From Octopus bimaculoides (Eukaryota), in contig NC_068996.1 in NCBI RefSeq assembly GCF_001194135.2, positions 21,321,570 through 21,377,850 on the forward strand: a DNA stretch of 56,281 bases. Reading direction: 5' to 3'. Numbering within the stretch: the stretch's first letter is position 1; each line of letters starts with the position of its first letter. A program made the position numbers and the translations under genes. Of the stretch, positions 23,049 through 35,763 are shown in pieces. Under the pieces are notes generated by a model. The model was not told the origin of the DNA, made no database searches, and saw only the letters and a program-made list of their open reading frames with translations.

Positions 23049-23145
23049 AGACTTGGTGTTAATGTTTATTTATATCTGCTGTAGACATATGTCCAGTCAT
23101 TATACAGTTTGCCATGTAAAAGTCATTGTTGTTGTTGTTGTTGTT

Positions 23146-23418
23146 GGCACTCCGTCGCTTACGATGTCAAGGGTTCCAGTTGATCTGATCAACGAAACAG
23201 CCTGCTCGGGAAATTAACGTGCAAGTGGCTGAGCACTCCACACACACGTGTACCCTTAACGTAGTTCTCGGGGGATATTCAGCGTGACACAGTGTGACAA
23301 GGCTGACCCTTTCAATTACAGGCACAACAGAAACAGGAAGTAAGAGTGAGAGAAAGTTGTGGTGAAAGAGTACAGCAGGGTTCGCCACCATCCCCTGCTG
23401 GAGCCTCGTGGAGCTTTA
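23146..23418 (-). mobile_element. tRNA-derived SINE family 3 (octopus OK/OR-type), head lost in gap, (AAC)n tail
   Basis: Near-identical to 53281-53545. Confidence 0.85.
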
Positions 23419-25007
23419 NNNNNNNNNNNNNNNNNNNNNNNNNNNNNNNNNNNNNNNNNNNNNNNNNNNNNNNNNNNNNNNNNNNNNNNNNNNNNNNNNN
23501 NNNNNNNNNNNNNNNNNNNNNNNNNNNNNNNNNNNNNNNNNNNNNNNNNNNNNNNNNNNNNNNNNNNNNNNNNNNNNNNNNNNNNNNNNNNNNNNNNNNN
23601 NNNNNNNNNNNNNNNNNNNNNNNNNNNNNNNNNNNNNNNNNNNNNNNNNNNNNNNNNNNNNNNNNNNNNNNNNNNNNNAGAATAAAAGACTTGGTGTTAA
23701 TGTTTATTTATATCTGCTGTAGACATATGTCCAGTCATTATACAGTTTGCCATGTAAAAGTCATTGTTGTTGTTGTTGTTGTTGCTGTTGTTGTTGCTGT
23801 TGTTGCTGTTGCTGTGGTTGTTGTGGTTGTAGCTGTGATGGTAGTGGTTATTGCTGTGGTGGTGATGGTGGTGATGATGATGACGTTGCATGGTGATAGT
23901 GACAAGTATAAATGATGAAAAATTATAGCTAACATCTCACAGCCAATGTCATATGCTTGGTCATGTTAAAACTATAATGTACTGCAATAAAAGTGTACAT
24001 TCTGAATGTAATTTTAAACTTTACTACCCACCAAGGATTATACTGAAAATATATAAAAGCTCAGAAATTTTATTGACTGACAAATATTTGGTTCAGACTG
24101 AAATCATAAAACATGAATAGATCTTTAGGTTAAAAATATACACATATTCTTCAGTGAGAAAGAAAAATGTTCAAAAACAATATTAAATAGCAGTTACTTA
24201 GGAATTTAAATGCTGTTAAATCATGCCAGTGGCACCCATATTACCACAGATGACAAGTCACAGATCAAAGGTCATAGGTCACAGGTCACATGGGTCCCTT
24301 CACTGACAGCAAAATTTTCCCTTCAAAACAATAAATATAAAATTGTTGAAACCAACTTTGTATTTTATGACAATCAAAAATGTTGATTTAAATATAAATA
24401 TCCGGTGAATGCAGCTTAATATTGGTTTTTAACGATGGAACTTCAGGTAGATAAAGCTATTAATAATAGCATGTAAATACTGGGTAAGAAAAAAAATATG
24501 GCTAGAAAATGTCTAAGACTAAATAAAGTGCATAATATTATTTTGAAATTATTTAGTTCCAGTGTGATGTATATGTATATCTGTATGAATTAAGCGTATA
24601 ATTTTTATTGTATGGTTGCAACCTGAAACTTTTGAGGCCTGGAGTCTGATAGAAAATAAGTTATTTATTACAGACATTTTTCAGAACACTCTGAATAAGC
24701 CATTACTTTTAGTTGTTTAATAGTTACGACTTAACATCAGCTTTTAAAAGTTTTATTATGTATAATAAAATGAAGTTTAAAATTGCTTTAAAACAGAGGT
24801 GAGCACACAAATTATGCTTTGTAACAAAGGTATACATATGCATTAGTGTAGTGGTGCATTAAAAAATAACCAAGTTATTTAAATATTCTGGTATTTTCTG
24901 ACTCATATCAAAAACTTGTAAAACACACCTGTGATCCATACACAGCATACAGGTATGTCACAGTACATTGACTTAAAATAGGTGAGTTAAAATGTTGCAA
25001 ACATAAA

Positions 25008-25217
25008 CGCAGTGAGGTGGCAGAATTGTTAACACATCAGACAAAATACTTAATGGCATTTCTTCTGGTTTTTACATTCCAAGTTCAAAAGTTACTAAGA
25101 TCGACTTTGTTTCTCATCCTCTCATTGTCAGTAAAATAAGTACTAGAGCATTGGAGTTGACGTAATTGACTGCCTGCTCCACTAAAATTAGTAGCTTGGT
25201 ACCAAAATTTGAAACAC
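25008..25217 (+). mobile_element. Family-1 SINE, CpG-decayed copy
   Basis: gcagtgaggtggcagaattgttaacac...aagttcaaaag...caaaatttgaaacac. Confidence 0.75.
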
Positions 25218-25577
25218 TATGCTGGAACACTATATAAGATGGCAGGGTTGTAGAAATAGTTGAACACCAAACTATTCAGCTTTGTCCTTCTCTATTATGA
25301 ATTCAAATCCAACCAAGGCATGGTACTACAGGCTGTAAAAATAAAATATCTGGTAGATAATCTCAATATGTTTTGTCCATGTAATAAATCTGAAGTAAAG
25401 AATGAGTATATAGTGCATGTGTTTATTTGGTTAAAAAAAAAGAAAGAAAAGAAAAGACCATTCTGAAATATATAACAATCTCAGGAGAGTATTGTAGTTT
25501 GCTTGAAGCATTGTATATTGTGTACAACAATGCACTATAATACAAATAATGGACTATATACCTGTTGTAATTTAGTT

Positions 25578-25632
25578 ATCTATAGTCCGATGATATTTCG
25601 GAATACAATTCCTTCTTCAGATATTCTTAGAT
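25578..25632 (-). ncRNA. Hammerhead-like core (CTGAAGA...GAAA) in a probable PLE pseudo-LTR remnant
   Basis: Minus strand: CTGAAGA-A-GGAAT-tgt-ATTCC-GAAA-tatcATC. Core and stem II are intact; stem I pairing is poor. Confidence 0.4.
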
Positions 25633-27061
25633 GGAGTCTCAGTATAGCAGGTTTAATTCAGGGCGACAGTGAAATCTCTCACTTCTACCATCACTCCTGT
25701 AACTTGCCTTTGAATCTAATTAATGAATATTTACATAAAAAGTTACATAAGTTTTTACATGATGTTGATAGTTTTCAAGATAGATTTTTTTAATGACTAA
25801 AATGTCAGTCAAGAATATCAATGAATAACAAACAACCATATTGTAGTTTGTGACTTCAATCCATTGGAGATATTTCATTGAGTATCTGATGTAGATAACT
25901 TTATTCACTGTTAGAAAAACAAACCCCCCCCCCCCAAAAAAAAACCCCAAAAAAAGAAAATTGTTGTTATAGCTTAATCAAAGACAGAAATGCTCTACTG
26001 ATGACTTTTTATAGGAACTCTGTTGGGTTGGTGAGAGTAAGCCATCTGCAGAATAGAACCTCAGCCTCAATGTTTGTAATGGAATGGGCTCTGCTAATGG
26101 TATGCCTTATATATATATATGTATATCTATCTATCTATCTATCTATCTATNNNNNNNNNNNNNNNNNNNNNNNNNNNNNNNNNNNNNNNNNNNNNNNNNN
26201 NNNNNNNNNNNNNNNNNNNNNNNNNNNNNNNNNNNNNNNNNNNNNNNNNNNNNNNNNNNNNNNNNNNNNNNNNNNNNNNNNNNNNNNNNNNNNNNNNNNN
26301 NNNNNNNNNNNNNNNNNNNNNNNNNNNNNNNNNNNNNNNNNNNNNNNNNNNNNNNNNNNNNNNNNNNNNNNNNNNNNNNNNNNNNNNNNNNNNNNNNNNN
26401 NNNNNNNNNNNNNNNNNNNNNNNNNNNNNNNNNNNNNNNNNNNNNNNNNNNNNNNNNNNNNNNNNNNNNNNNNNNNNNNNNNNNNNNNNNNNNNNNNNNN
26501 NNNNNNNNNNNNNNNNNNNNNNNNNNNNNNNNNNNNNNNNNNNNNNNNNNNNNNNNNNNNNNNNNNNNNNNNNNNNNNNNNNNNNNNNNNNNNNNNNNNN
26601 NNNNNNNNNNNNNNNNNNNNNNNNNNNNNNNNNNNNNNNNNNNNNNNNNNNNNNNNNNNNNNNNNNNNNNNNNNNNNNNNNNNNNNNNNNNNNNNNNNNN
26701 NNNATATATATATATATATATATGTTCCTGCATATATATATATATATATATGCCACGTAATAACAAACACACATCCTTCTTTCAGACTATTCTTTTCCTT
26801 CTTTGTGGACTTTCTCCTCTTCTCCTTTCTGTATGAGAGCCATGCTCAAAACATTATACCCGTTTTTTTTTTCCATCTTAAACTTTCTTTGAGCATCAAT
26901 CTATTATATTCATTGTGTACGTCCTTTTGACTTTTGTTGTTTTTCCTGATTTGCCCATTCTTGTTTTTATTTTTGATCTACCTATGTGTGTATACATACA
27001 TACAAACATACATACACACACACACACATACACACACACCCATACATATATACATATATAC

Positions 27062-29180
27062 ATCCTGGTCAATAAACGACGCATATGGCAAGACATCTCA
27101 GTGATAGCATCATTCAACACAGGAAGCGACCATTGCTTTGTGCGAGTGAAGATTGTGCTTAACGAAATCAGAGAGAAAAGGACATGTACCATATGTTGAA
27201 GGAATAGTGAGTGAAGGTCATGGATGAAGGAAGCCATTGATAAAGAGTTCTGGGATGAGCTTAAGGGAATCAATGAAAATTGTGACTCACTGATTCAGAA
27301 GTTGTAAAAGCACTTAAGGAAGGTGAGGGTTTCAAGCACAGAGGATGCAAAGGAAGGATCTTGGAGCAGATGAAGAAGCTGATGGAAAAAGGGAGGTACA
27401 TGAGGATAGACAGTCTACATCTGACTGAGTCCTCTGTTATCTGCCAAGTGATAAGACAACATCAGCAAGAAGATTTCGAAAATTACAGGAAAGAAAAGCT
27501 CCTAAGAAATGTTCAAGAATGGGAAAGCCTCAAGAAGTGCAAAAGGGGGATAGCACTCAACAGTCAGAAGTGATAATGTTGAAGTACAAGGATGGCACTG
27601 AAGTGAATGGAAATGAGGAAATGAAGGGGATTTGCCAAACCTACTACATCAATCTCTTTAAGTCTACTCTGGCAGTGGCCCTTCCATCGTCACACAGAGT
27701 GCAAGAAGTACTATCTATTTTAGTCAGTGAGATTGAAAATGCCTTGAAGCTGATGAAAAAGGGCAAAGCACTGGGCAATGACTGTATAACATTTGAAATG
27801 CTGCAGGCCAGCAGAGAATATTTGTGGCAAATGCTTGCTCTATGTTTCAACTGCTCTATGTATCCCCTCTCAATCAAAGAGTTGAGCACCATCCTGTTGT
27901 ACAAGAAGGGTGATCAGGAAGATCTCAGAGACTATTGCCCAATATGCCCCCTGACTCACATATACTAGCTGTTTACAAAGATAATTGTATGCTGATTATT
28001 GTAACAGCTTGATGAACAGCCAAGAGAACAGGCAGACTTTAGAAAGAACTTCAGCATGACGAATCACATATTAACTCTGATGCAGTTGTTGGAGCAAGCA
28101 AAGGAGTACTAATTGCCTCTGTGTGTTGTGTTTGTTCACCACAAAAATGCCTTTGACAGTGGCAAGATTAGTGCTGTGCTACAGTCCCTCGAGAAGCAAG
28201 GTGTTGTAGAGTAGTAGTTGAACTTCTTTAGGGAGGTAAATTCAGGATGCACTACAGACATGGCCTTGTTAGCATCACTTATGCATGCCTCAGTCAAGAA
28301 GGGAGCCAAACAAGGAGATACCATCTCTCCAAAGCTCTTCAAGGCATGTCTTAAAATGGTCATTAGAAATATTGGCAGGGATGGTAGCATGCGAATCAAG
28401 GAGGTGCTGTTCACCCACCTCTGGTTCACAGATAACATTTCACTAATCACAGAAAGTACCAGACAGTTACAGACCATTCTGTATGAGCTGGACACCAGAG
28501 GATCTGTTGTTGAACTGAGGATCAATCATGTAAAGAGAAAGTGCAAGCAGTCCAAAGATGTGACATCTAGTCATGTAGTTGTTGGAATGGATGAAATCGA
28601 GGCGGTGGAAAGTTAAGCATATCTTGACCAAGCTGTAACTATAGAATGTGACATGAATGAGCTCTCATGCAGAATAAGCTCAGGCTGGAGAGCATTCAAC
28701 TCAGTGGAGGATGTGCTGAACGTGATCCTTGACAAAGCCATGCACACAAACCTCTTCAACAGCATGTATAATGTTCTATGCAAGTGAAACATGAATGACA
28801 ACAGAGAGGGAGGAATGGCAGTTAATAACGGTGCAAAAAGCCATGGATAGGTCAATGTTGGAAATCTCCTTTTGAGATCACATCTGAAAAAGAGTAGATC
28901 AGGGAACAAACTGGAGGGAAGGATGTCATCACTGAATACTGTCCGAACAATCTCAGGTGGGTTGGACATGATGCATAGTGCATTGATAACTGGTAGATCT
29001 GTGCAGTTGTCAAAAGGTACCTACTTGAGTGGAAATGACCACTTAAAAGGCCTCCACTCAGATGGATTGACGTTATAAAGAGAATAATGCGACTGCAATG
29101 GAGAAGGAGGGCATGATGAAAAATGGAATGAATGAGATGCTGTGGTTAGCAGTTTGGTTGGTCATGGTCAAGATAATGAT
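27062..29180 (+). mobile_element. RTE/RTE-X-like LINE, degraded (end of APE endonuclease plus RT)
   Basis: FNTGSDHCFVRVKI, MKKGKALGND, LLYKKGDQEDLRDYCPI, REQADFRKNFS, KKGAKQGDTISPKLF, LWFTDNISLI. Confidence 0.85.
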
Positions 29181-29249
29181 GTGCGTGTGTTTGTGTGTGT
29201 GTTTGTGTGTGCATGTACACACACACACACACATATACACATATACATA

Positions 29250-31400
29250 TATAACACCCCACACAACCAGAGGAATGTTGCTTCCACAAAAATTCCCGAA
29301 TGCAACAAAGAACAAAGAATAACCAACACCCTCTCCAGAGTGTCATTGAATAACCAACCAAATACTCATCATAGACACAAAATGGGAAATCCCAATGCAC
29401 CCTTCACTACAAGACAAAACAACCCCACTTGAGACATATCTTCCACAATGACCACCTCATCCAATCCACAAGATATAACCATTATGACAACCCCACACAG
29501 AACCCACCACAACTGAGAACCCACAATATATCAAGGTTTAATAGAATGACAATCAACAAGAGCACTAATTGCATACATCAAAAACCAAGGAACCATTTTT
29601 TAAGCAAACTGAGCCAAAACTGGGACATTCAATGGCACCAACCACATGTGAGATCCCAAAGATTATAAATCTCTCACATAAAACCCTTTCAAACCAATAA
29701 ATCAAAACTCTCGTTAAAGGTTCACCCCAACACTACAAAAATTGAACCTAAATGAGATACAAAATGATATCCAGGAATTCTGTAGAAAACGTTCAACCTT
29801 TATCCATCAGTTCCAACAAGATTTAAAGGAAAAGGAGAGAGATTACTTAACTAGATTTGACTGCAAGATCAGCAACTCTTATGGACTTCCCAAAATCCAC
29901 AAAAGTGAAGCGATAAAGAAAGCCTGTAGCAAATCAACTTCTTCAGTCATAAATGCTCCGCATCCGAGAGATGTCAAAATGAGACCAATTGTGGTCAGTC
30001 CCTCGTGTGAGACACACGGACTCAGTAACTTTATTGATATCCTCCTAAAACCTATTCTCTAACATATACTGAGCTTTATGTGAGATGCTTTGAACTTTTT
30101 AAACCATCTCCTGAACAAAACCAGCAAGGACTCTCTTCTGGTTTCATTTGATGTAATAAACCTCTACACCTCGATTCTTCAAGAATATGTGTACATTTCT
30201 GGCTGGAAAAATTCCCAAATGGCATTCCTGACCAAATCAGAAAAGGATTCATCATTGAAGAAATAAAATTCATCCTACAGAAGAACTTCTTCAACTTCAA
30301 TAAGAACACCTACAGGCAAAAATCGGGCACTGGGATAGGAACGAGAGCAGCTGCTACTTTTGCTAACCTTTTCATGGCATACTTGGAAGTCCAAATATAC
30401 AGGCATGCTCGATTGAAATTTGGAAACAACTTCCAAAAATACTTATTCACCAACTAGAAATGCTATTTGGACGATTGTTTCATTCTGTGGTTGCATAACT
30501 TTGAGCAACTCTTGGAATTTAAAAACTTAAATCAACAACATCAACCACAGTATACAATTTACAATGGAATACAGCCAAAAACAGCTACCTTTCCTGGACA
30601 TCTTAATCATAAAAAGAAATACTGAAATTGAAACCAACATCTACTTCAAGCCAATGGACTCAAAACAATATCTTCTAGTCTCTTCCTGTCACCCAAAACA
30701 TACTAAAATCAATAGACCATTCAACCTGGTAAGAAGAATTTGCATGATTGCATCAAATCCCAAAACCCAACATAAATGACTCCAAGATCTTAAAAACACA
30801 TTACTAGAAAGAAAATGCCTGCCTAGTTTAATCAAAAATGGAATAGAATGTGCAAAAACGATAGACATCCAAGAGTTACAGAAAACAAGAAAATCCCATG
30901 ATACACTTAAAACTTTATCTTATGTATCAACATACAATCCAACGAACATGGGAGCATACAATATCCTCCATCAAAACATACCCCTCCTTATAATAACCTG
31001 CTTGTGAAAAAAGCACTGGAAGTACATAGAATTATTAAAAGCAAGAGACAACTGCAATTCCTAAAAAGGTTACTCACCAGTACCAAATTACCCACCAAAA
31101 ATACAACCCCACTAGTCAAAAAATGCAACTGCCCTAACTGCGGAACTTGCATCTACCTCTTTGAGGGCTCAACATATAAATTTTAATCAGGTCAAACTTT
31201 CACCATAAAAAAATCACTTCACCTGTGCATTGAAGAACTTAATCTAGGTCCTCACATTTGGTGGATGTGATGGAGACTACATAGGTCAAATTAGTTTGAT
31301 CTTGTGGGATAGATTGACAGTACATAGGCAACAAATCTGGAACCCCACGGCTAGGAAAATTCCAGCAAGCAAACACCTAGACCAATGCCCCACAAGTATA
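29250..31400 (+). mobile_element. Penelope-like element (Neptune-like), degraded RT plus GIY-YIG
   Basis: PKIINLSHKTLS, YGLPKIHK, MRPIV, LVSFDVINLYT, YLDDCF, QLPFLDILI, IYFKPMDSKQYL..SSCHPKH, linker KCNCPNCGTC, GCDGDYIGQ, IPASKHL. Confidence 0.9.
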
Positions 31401-31600
31401 AACCCGAAAATGTTATTCCTCCCACTATTTACCTGAACATTTTTTCGAAATCAATTTACACTTAAAACCTCCCCAGACACATAAGCAATGTGCATGCAAA
31501 GTTTAAGAAAAATTGGTCAAGCCGTTTTGGCACAAAATGAGGACATACCGATACACATACACACACACACACACATTTTCAGTTTTAATAAGATATATAT
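31400..31600 (-). mobile_element. Helitron-type 5' end fragment
   Basis: Minus strand starts atatatatcttattaaaactgaaaatgtgtg...aaacggcttgaccaatttttcttaaactttgcatg, resembling the 5' ends of small Helitrons. Called from pattern memory only. Confidence 0.45.
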
Positions 31601-32385
31601 NNNNNNNNNNNNNNNNNNNNNNNNNNNNNNNNNNNNNNNNNNNNNNNNNNNNNNNNNNNNNNNNNNNNNNNNNNNNNNNNNNNNNNNNNNNNNNNNNNNN
31701 NNNNNNNNNNNNNNNNNNNNNNNNNNNNNNNNNNNNNNNNNNNNNNNNNNNNNNNNNNNNNNNNNNNNNNNNNNNNNNNNNNNNNNNNNNNNNNNNNNNN
31801 NNNNNNNNNNNNNNNNNNNNNNNNNNNNNNNNNNNNNNNNNNNNNNNNNNNNNNNNNNNNNNNNNNNNNNNNNNNNNNNNNNNNNNNNNNNNNNNNNNNN
31901 NNNNNNNNNNNNNNNNNNNNNNNNNNNNNNNNNNNNNNNNNNNNNNNNNNNNNNNNNNNNNNNNNNNNNNNNNNNNNNNNNNNNNNNNNNNNNNNNNNNN
32001 NNNNNNNNNNNNNNNNNNNNNNNNNNNNNNNNNNNNNNNNNNNNNNNNNNNNNNNNNNNNNNNNNNNNNNNNNNNNNNNNNNNNNNNNNNNNNNNNNNNN
32101 NNNNNNNNNNNNNNNNNNNNNNNNNNNNNNNNNNNNNNNNNNNNNNNNNNNNNNNNNNNNNNNNNNNNNNNNNNNNNNNNNNNNNNNNNNNNNNNNNNNN
32201 NNNNNNNNNNNNNNNNNNNNNNNNNNNNNNNNNNNNNNNNNNNNNNNNNNNNNNNNNNNNNNNNNNNNNNNNNNNNNNNNNNNNNNNNNNNNNNNNNNNN
32301 NNNNNNNNNNNNNNNNNNNNNNNNNNNNNNNNNNNNNNNNNNNNNNNNNNNNNNNNNNNNTATATATATATATATATATATATGT

Positions 32386-33208
32386 TTATGTGTGTGTTTG
32401 TGGCTGGAGATTTTAATGGGCATGTTGAACAGTAACCTGGTATCTTCCACGGTGTACATGGGGGCCATGGAATTGGTACTAGAAATGAAGAGGGAACTAG
32501 GCTCCTGGAGTTCTGCAATGCAGCTGTGTGAGGAAGTGCCACACCCTAACTGTGGAAGGAACCTGTGGAAGTGGTAGACCCAGGAAGACATGGGATGAGG
32601 TGGTGATGCATGACTTTTGAACATTTACAGGAGACCGAGACCTTTGGAGATATGCTGTGATTGAGAAGACCCAGCAACTAAAATGAGATCGCAGCCATGG
32701 CTGATGTCAGTGCTGCATGTCTGGCCCATTTAAAAGTACCCTTGATGCATTGGGCAATATGATATGCTTGAGAAGACCTATTGAGTCAAGTAAAACCAAA
32801 ATCGTAGCTGTGGCCAGTGGCCCCTGACTAGCTCCCGTGCCAGTTACATGTAAAATGCACCATCCAAACATGGTCGATGCCAGTACCCATTGACTGGCTC
32901 CCATGCCAGTGGCACATAAAAAGCACCATCTGAACGTGGTCAATGCCAGTGTTCCCTGACTGGCTCCTGTGCCATTGGCATGTAAAAAGTACCATCCAAA
33001 CATGATCGATTCCAGGTCTGCCTGACTGGCTCCCGTGTCAGTGGTATGTAAAAGGCACCCACCACACTCTTGGAGTGGTTGGCATTAGGAAGGGCATCCA
33101 GCTGTAGAAACCTTGCCAGATCAGATTGAAGCCTGGTGCAGCCTCCTGGCTTTCCGGACCTCAGTCAAACCATCCAACCCATGCCAGCATGGAAAACGGA
33201 TGTTAAAC

Positions 33209-33250
<42 letters not shown>
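32386..33250 (+). mobile_element. Internally deleted RTE: endonuclease piece fused to 3' end, UTR and (GAT)n tail
   Basis: FVAGDFNGHVEQ*..GIGTRNEEGTRLLEFCNA joined at about 32521 to the segment encoding CHTLTVEGTCG..RPRKTWDEVV. Confidence 0.8.
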
Positions 33251-33251
<1 letters not shown>

Positions 33252-33790
33252 TGTGTGTCTGGGTTTGTCACTCCACTATCACTTGACAACAGATGTTGGG
33301 GTGTTTACATCCCTGGAACTTAGTGCTTCGGCAAAAGAGACTGATAGAATAAGTACTAGGTTTACAAAGAATACGTCTTGGGGCCGATTTCNNNNNNNNN
33401 NNNNNNNNNNNNNNNNNNNNNNNNNNNNNNNNNNNNNNNNNNNNNNNNNNNNNNNNNNNNNNNNNNNNNNNNNNNNNNNNNNNNNNNNNNNNNNNNNNNN
33501 NNNNNNNNNNNNNNNNNNNNNNNNNNNNNNNNNNNNNNNNNNNNNNNNNNNNNNNNNNNNNNNNNNNNNNNNNNNNNNNNNNNNNNNNNNNNNNNNNNNN
33601 NNNNNNNNNNNNNNNNNNNNNNNNNNNNNNNNNNNNNNNNNNNNNNNNNNNNNNNNNNNNNNNNNNNNNNNNNNNNNNNNNNNNNNNNNNNNNNNNNNNN
33701 NNNNNNNNNNNNNNNNNNNNNNNNNNNNNNNNNNNNNNNNNNNNNNNNNNNNNNNNNNNNNNNNNNNNNNNNNNNNNNNNNNNNNNNNNN

Positions 33791-33830
<40 letters not shown>

Positions 33831-33834
33831 CAAG

Positions 33835-35245
33835 CAGTTCAGCTACATCACATTATACCATTGCGACGCAACGAAGAAGACAACACTGATTCACCACCCA
33901 CTCTATCATTACACACATTTCACCACTGTCTCACTATCTACACCACACTATTACTGTTTCATTACCCACACTATAACACCACTGTTTTAGTACCTACACT
34001 GAACTACCACTCCTTCACTTCCCACACTACAACACCACTGCTTCACAACCTACAAAAAACCACAGTTTTACTAACCACACAAGACCACCACTGTTTCACT
34101 ACCCACAAGAGACCACTGTTTCATTACCCATTTCTACATCATCATTGTTTAAGTACTCACACTACACCACCACTGTTTAACTACCTGCACTAGACCACCA
34201 TTGGTTTACCACCTACATTATTCCACTGCTTCACTTCCCTAACTATATGCCTGTTTCACTAGCAACACTACATCACTGTTTCAGTACCCACACTCCAGTA
34301 GCACACTCCAGTAGCACACTCCATTGTTTCCCTACATACACTGCACCACCACTGTTTCATTCTCCACCTTACATCAATCTAACACTACCCACACTACACC
34401 ACCACTGTTTCATTAACCATTCTACAACACCACATTTTCACTATCCCCACTACACCGTCATGTTTCATTACCCACACTACCCAACCACTGCTTTCATTAC
34501 CCACACTAGACCACCATTGATTTACTACCCACATTATACCACTGCTTCACTTCCCAAACTATACTCCTGTTTAACTAGCGACACTACACCATTGTTTCAG
34601 TACCCACACTACAACTCACTTGTTTCACTACCACCAATACACTACCACTGTTTTACTCCCCATGTACACCAACACTGTTTCATTACCCACATAACATTAA
34701 CACTGTTTCACTACCTACACAACTGATTCAATATCTGCAATAACCAATGTTGTGCTACCCACATTACACCATCGCTGTAGTGTAGATACAGTACACAAAT
34801 AGACCAATACCCACAATACCACACTGCTTCGCAACCCAAACCACACCACCAGTACTATACACATGACACCTGCATTTATTACTACCCCCACTGCAGCACT
34901 GTTTCACTACCTACACCACACATCACTGTTTCACTACCCACACTACACAAACCACTTTTTCATTACTGACACTGCATCAGCACTGCGTCACTATCCATAT
35001 TACACCCTGTATCGATACATACAATATCCCATTGTTTCACCAACCTACTTACACCACCACTGATTTACAACCCACACTGCATGACCACTGTTTTACAACA
35101 CAAGCTACACCAACATTGTTCCACTATCCTCACTACCCCACCACTTTTTGCTACCCACACTACAATACACTATTCTTTCTGTATCCACACTACACAACTG
35201 TGTCATTACCCACACTACATCACTGTTTTGTGTTGCCAATCAAGT
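33835..35245. repeat. Degenerate 25/28-bp minisatellite (consensus near CCACTGTTTCATTACCCACACTACACCA)
   Basis: Dozens of diverged tgtttca(c/t)tacccacactacacc units; plus strand nearly devoid of G. Confidence 0.8.
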
Positions 35246-35494
35246 AAAGTAGCATATCTTTTTCCAAAGATATCTTCAAATCCTCTCGGAGGAAATTTTA
35301 GAAGAAACTATCCCACAACAGAGATAGGATGAACTTCAGTATGGGTAATAAAATAGTTAATTTATTTTCATGCTTTTGTTGTTAATGAGGCCTATGTAAT
35401 TACAATAACAATGAAGAGAAGAACAATAGAGATCACTTGAGCAAAAGATAACAGTTGCATCATCTCTATGAACGCTTTCCTCTTCATTATTGCT

Positions 35495-35714
35495 TTAATG
35501 TTCACTTCTCCCTGCTTGCATAGGTCAGACAGAATTTGTGAAAGCAGATTTTCTGTGTTCAGATGCCCTTCCTGCTGTTAACCCTGAACTGTTTCCAAAT
35601 AAAGTAATATTACCATCCGTATGGCCTGGCATGTTTCCATGAAAGACTGGAAATGAAGGATACAACTTGCACGATGGTATCACTCATCATGTGATATCAA
35701 AGCAAGACAACAAC

Positions 35715-35763
<49 letters not shown>

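Noticed and set aside
34247-35332. His/Pro/Tyr-rich ORFs resembling a structural or metal-binding protein
   Set aside because: Derived from the 25/28-bp minisatellite; frame shifts between units and there are no credible splice or start signals.
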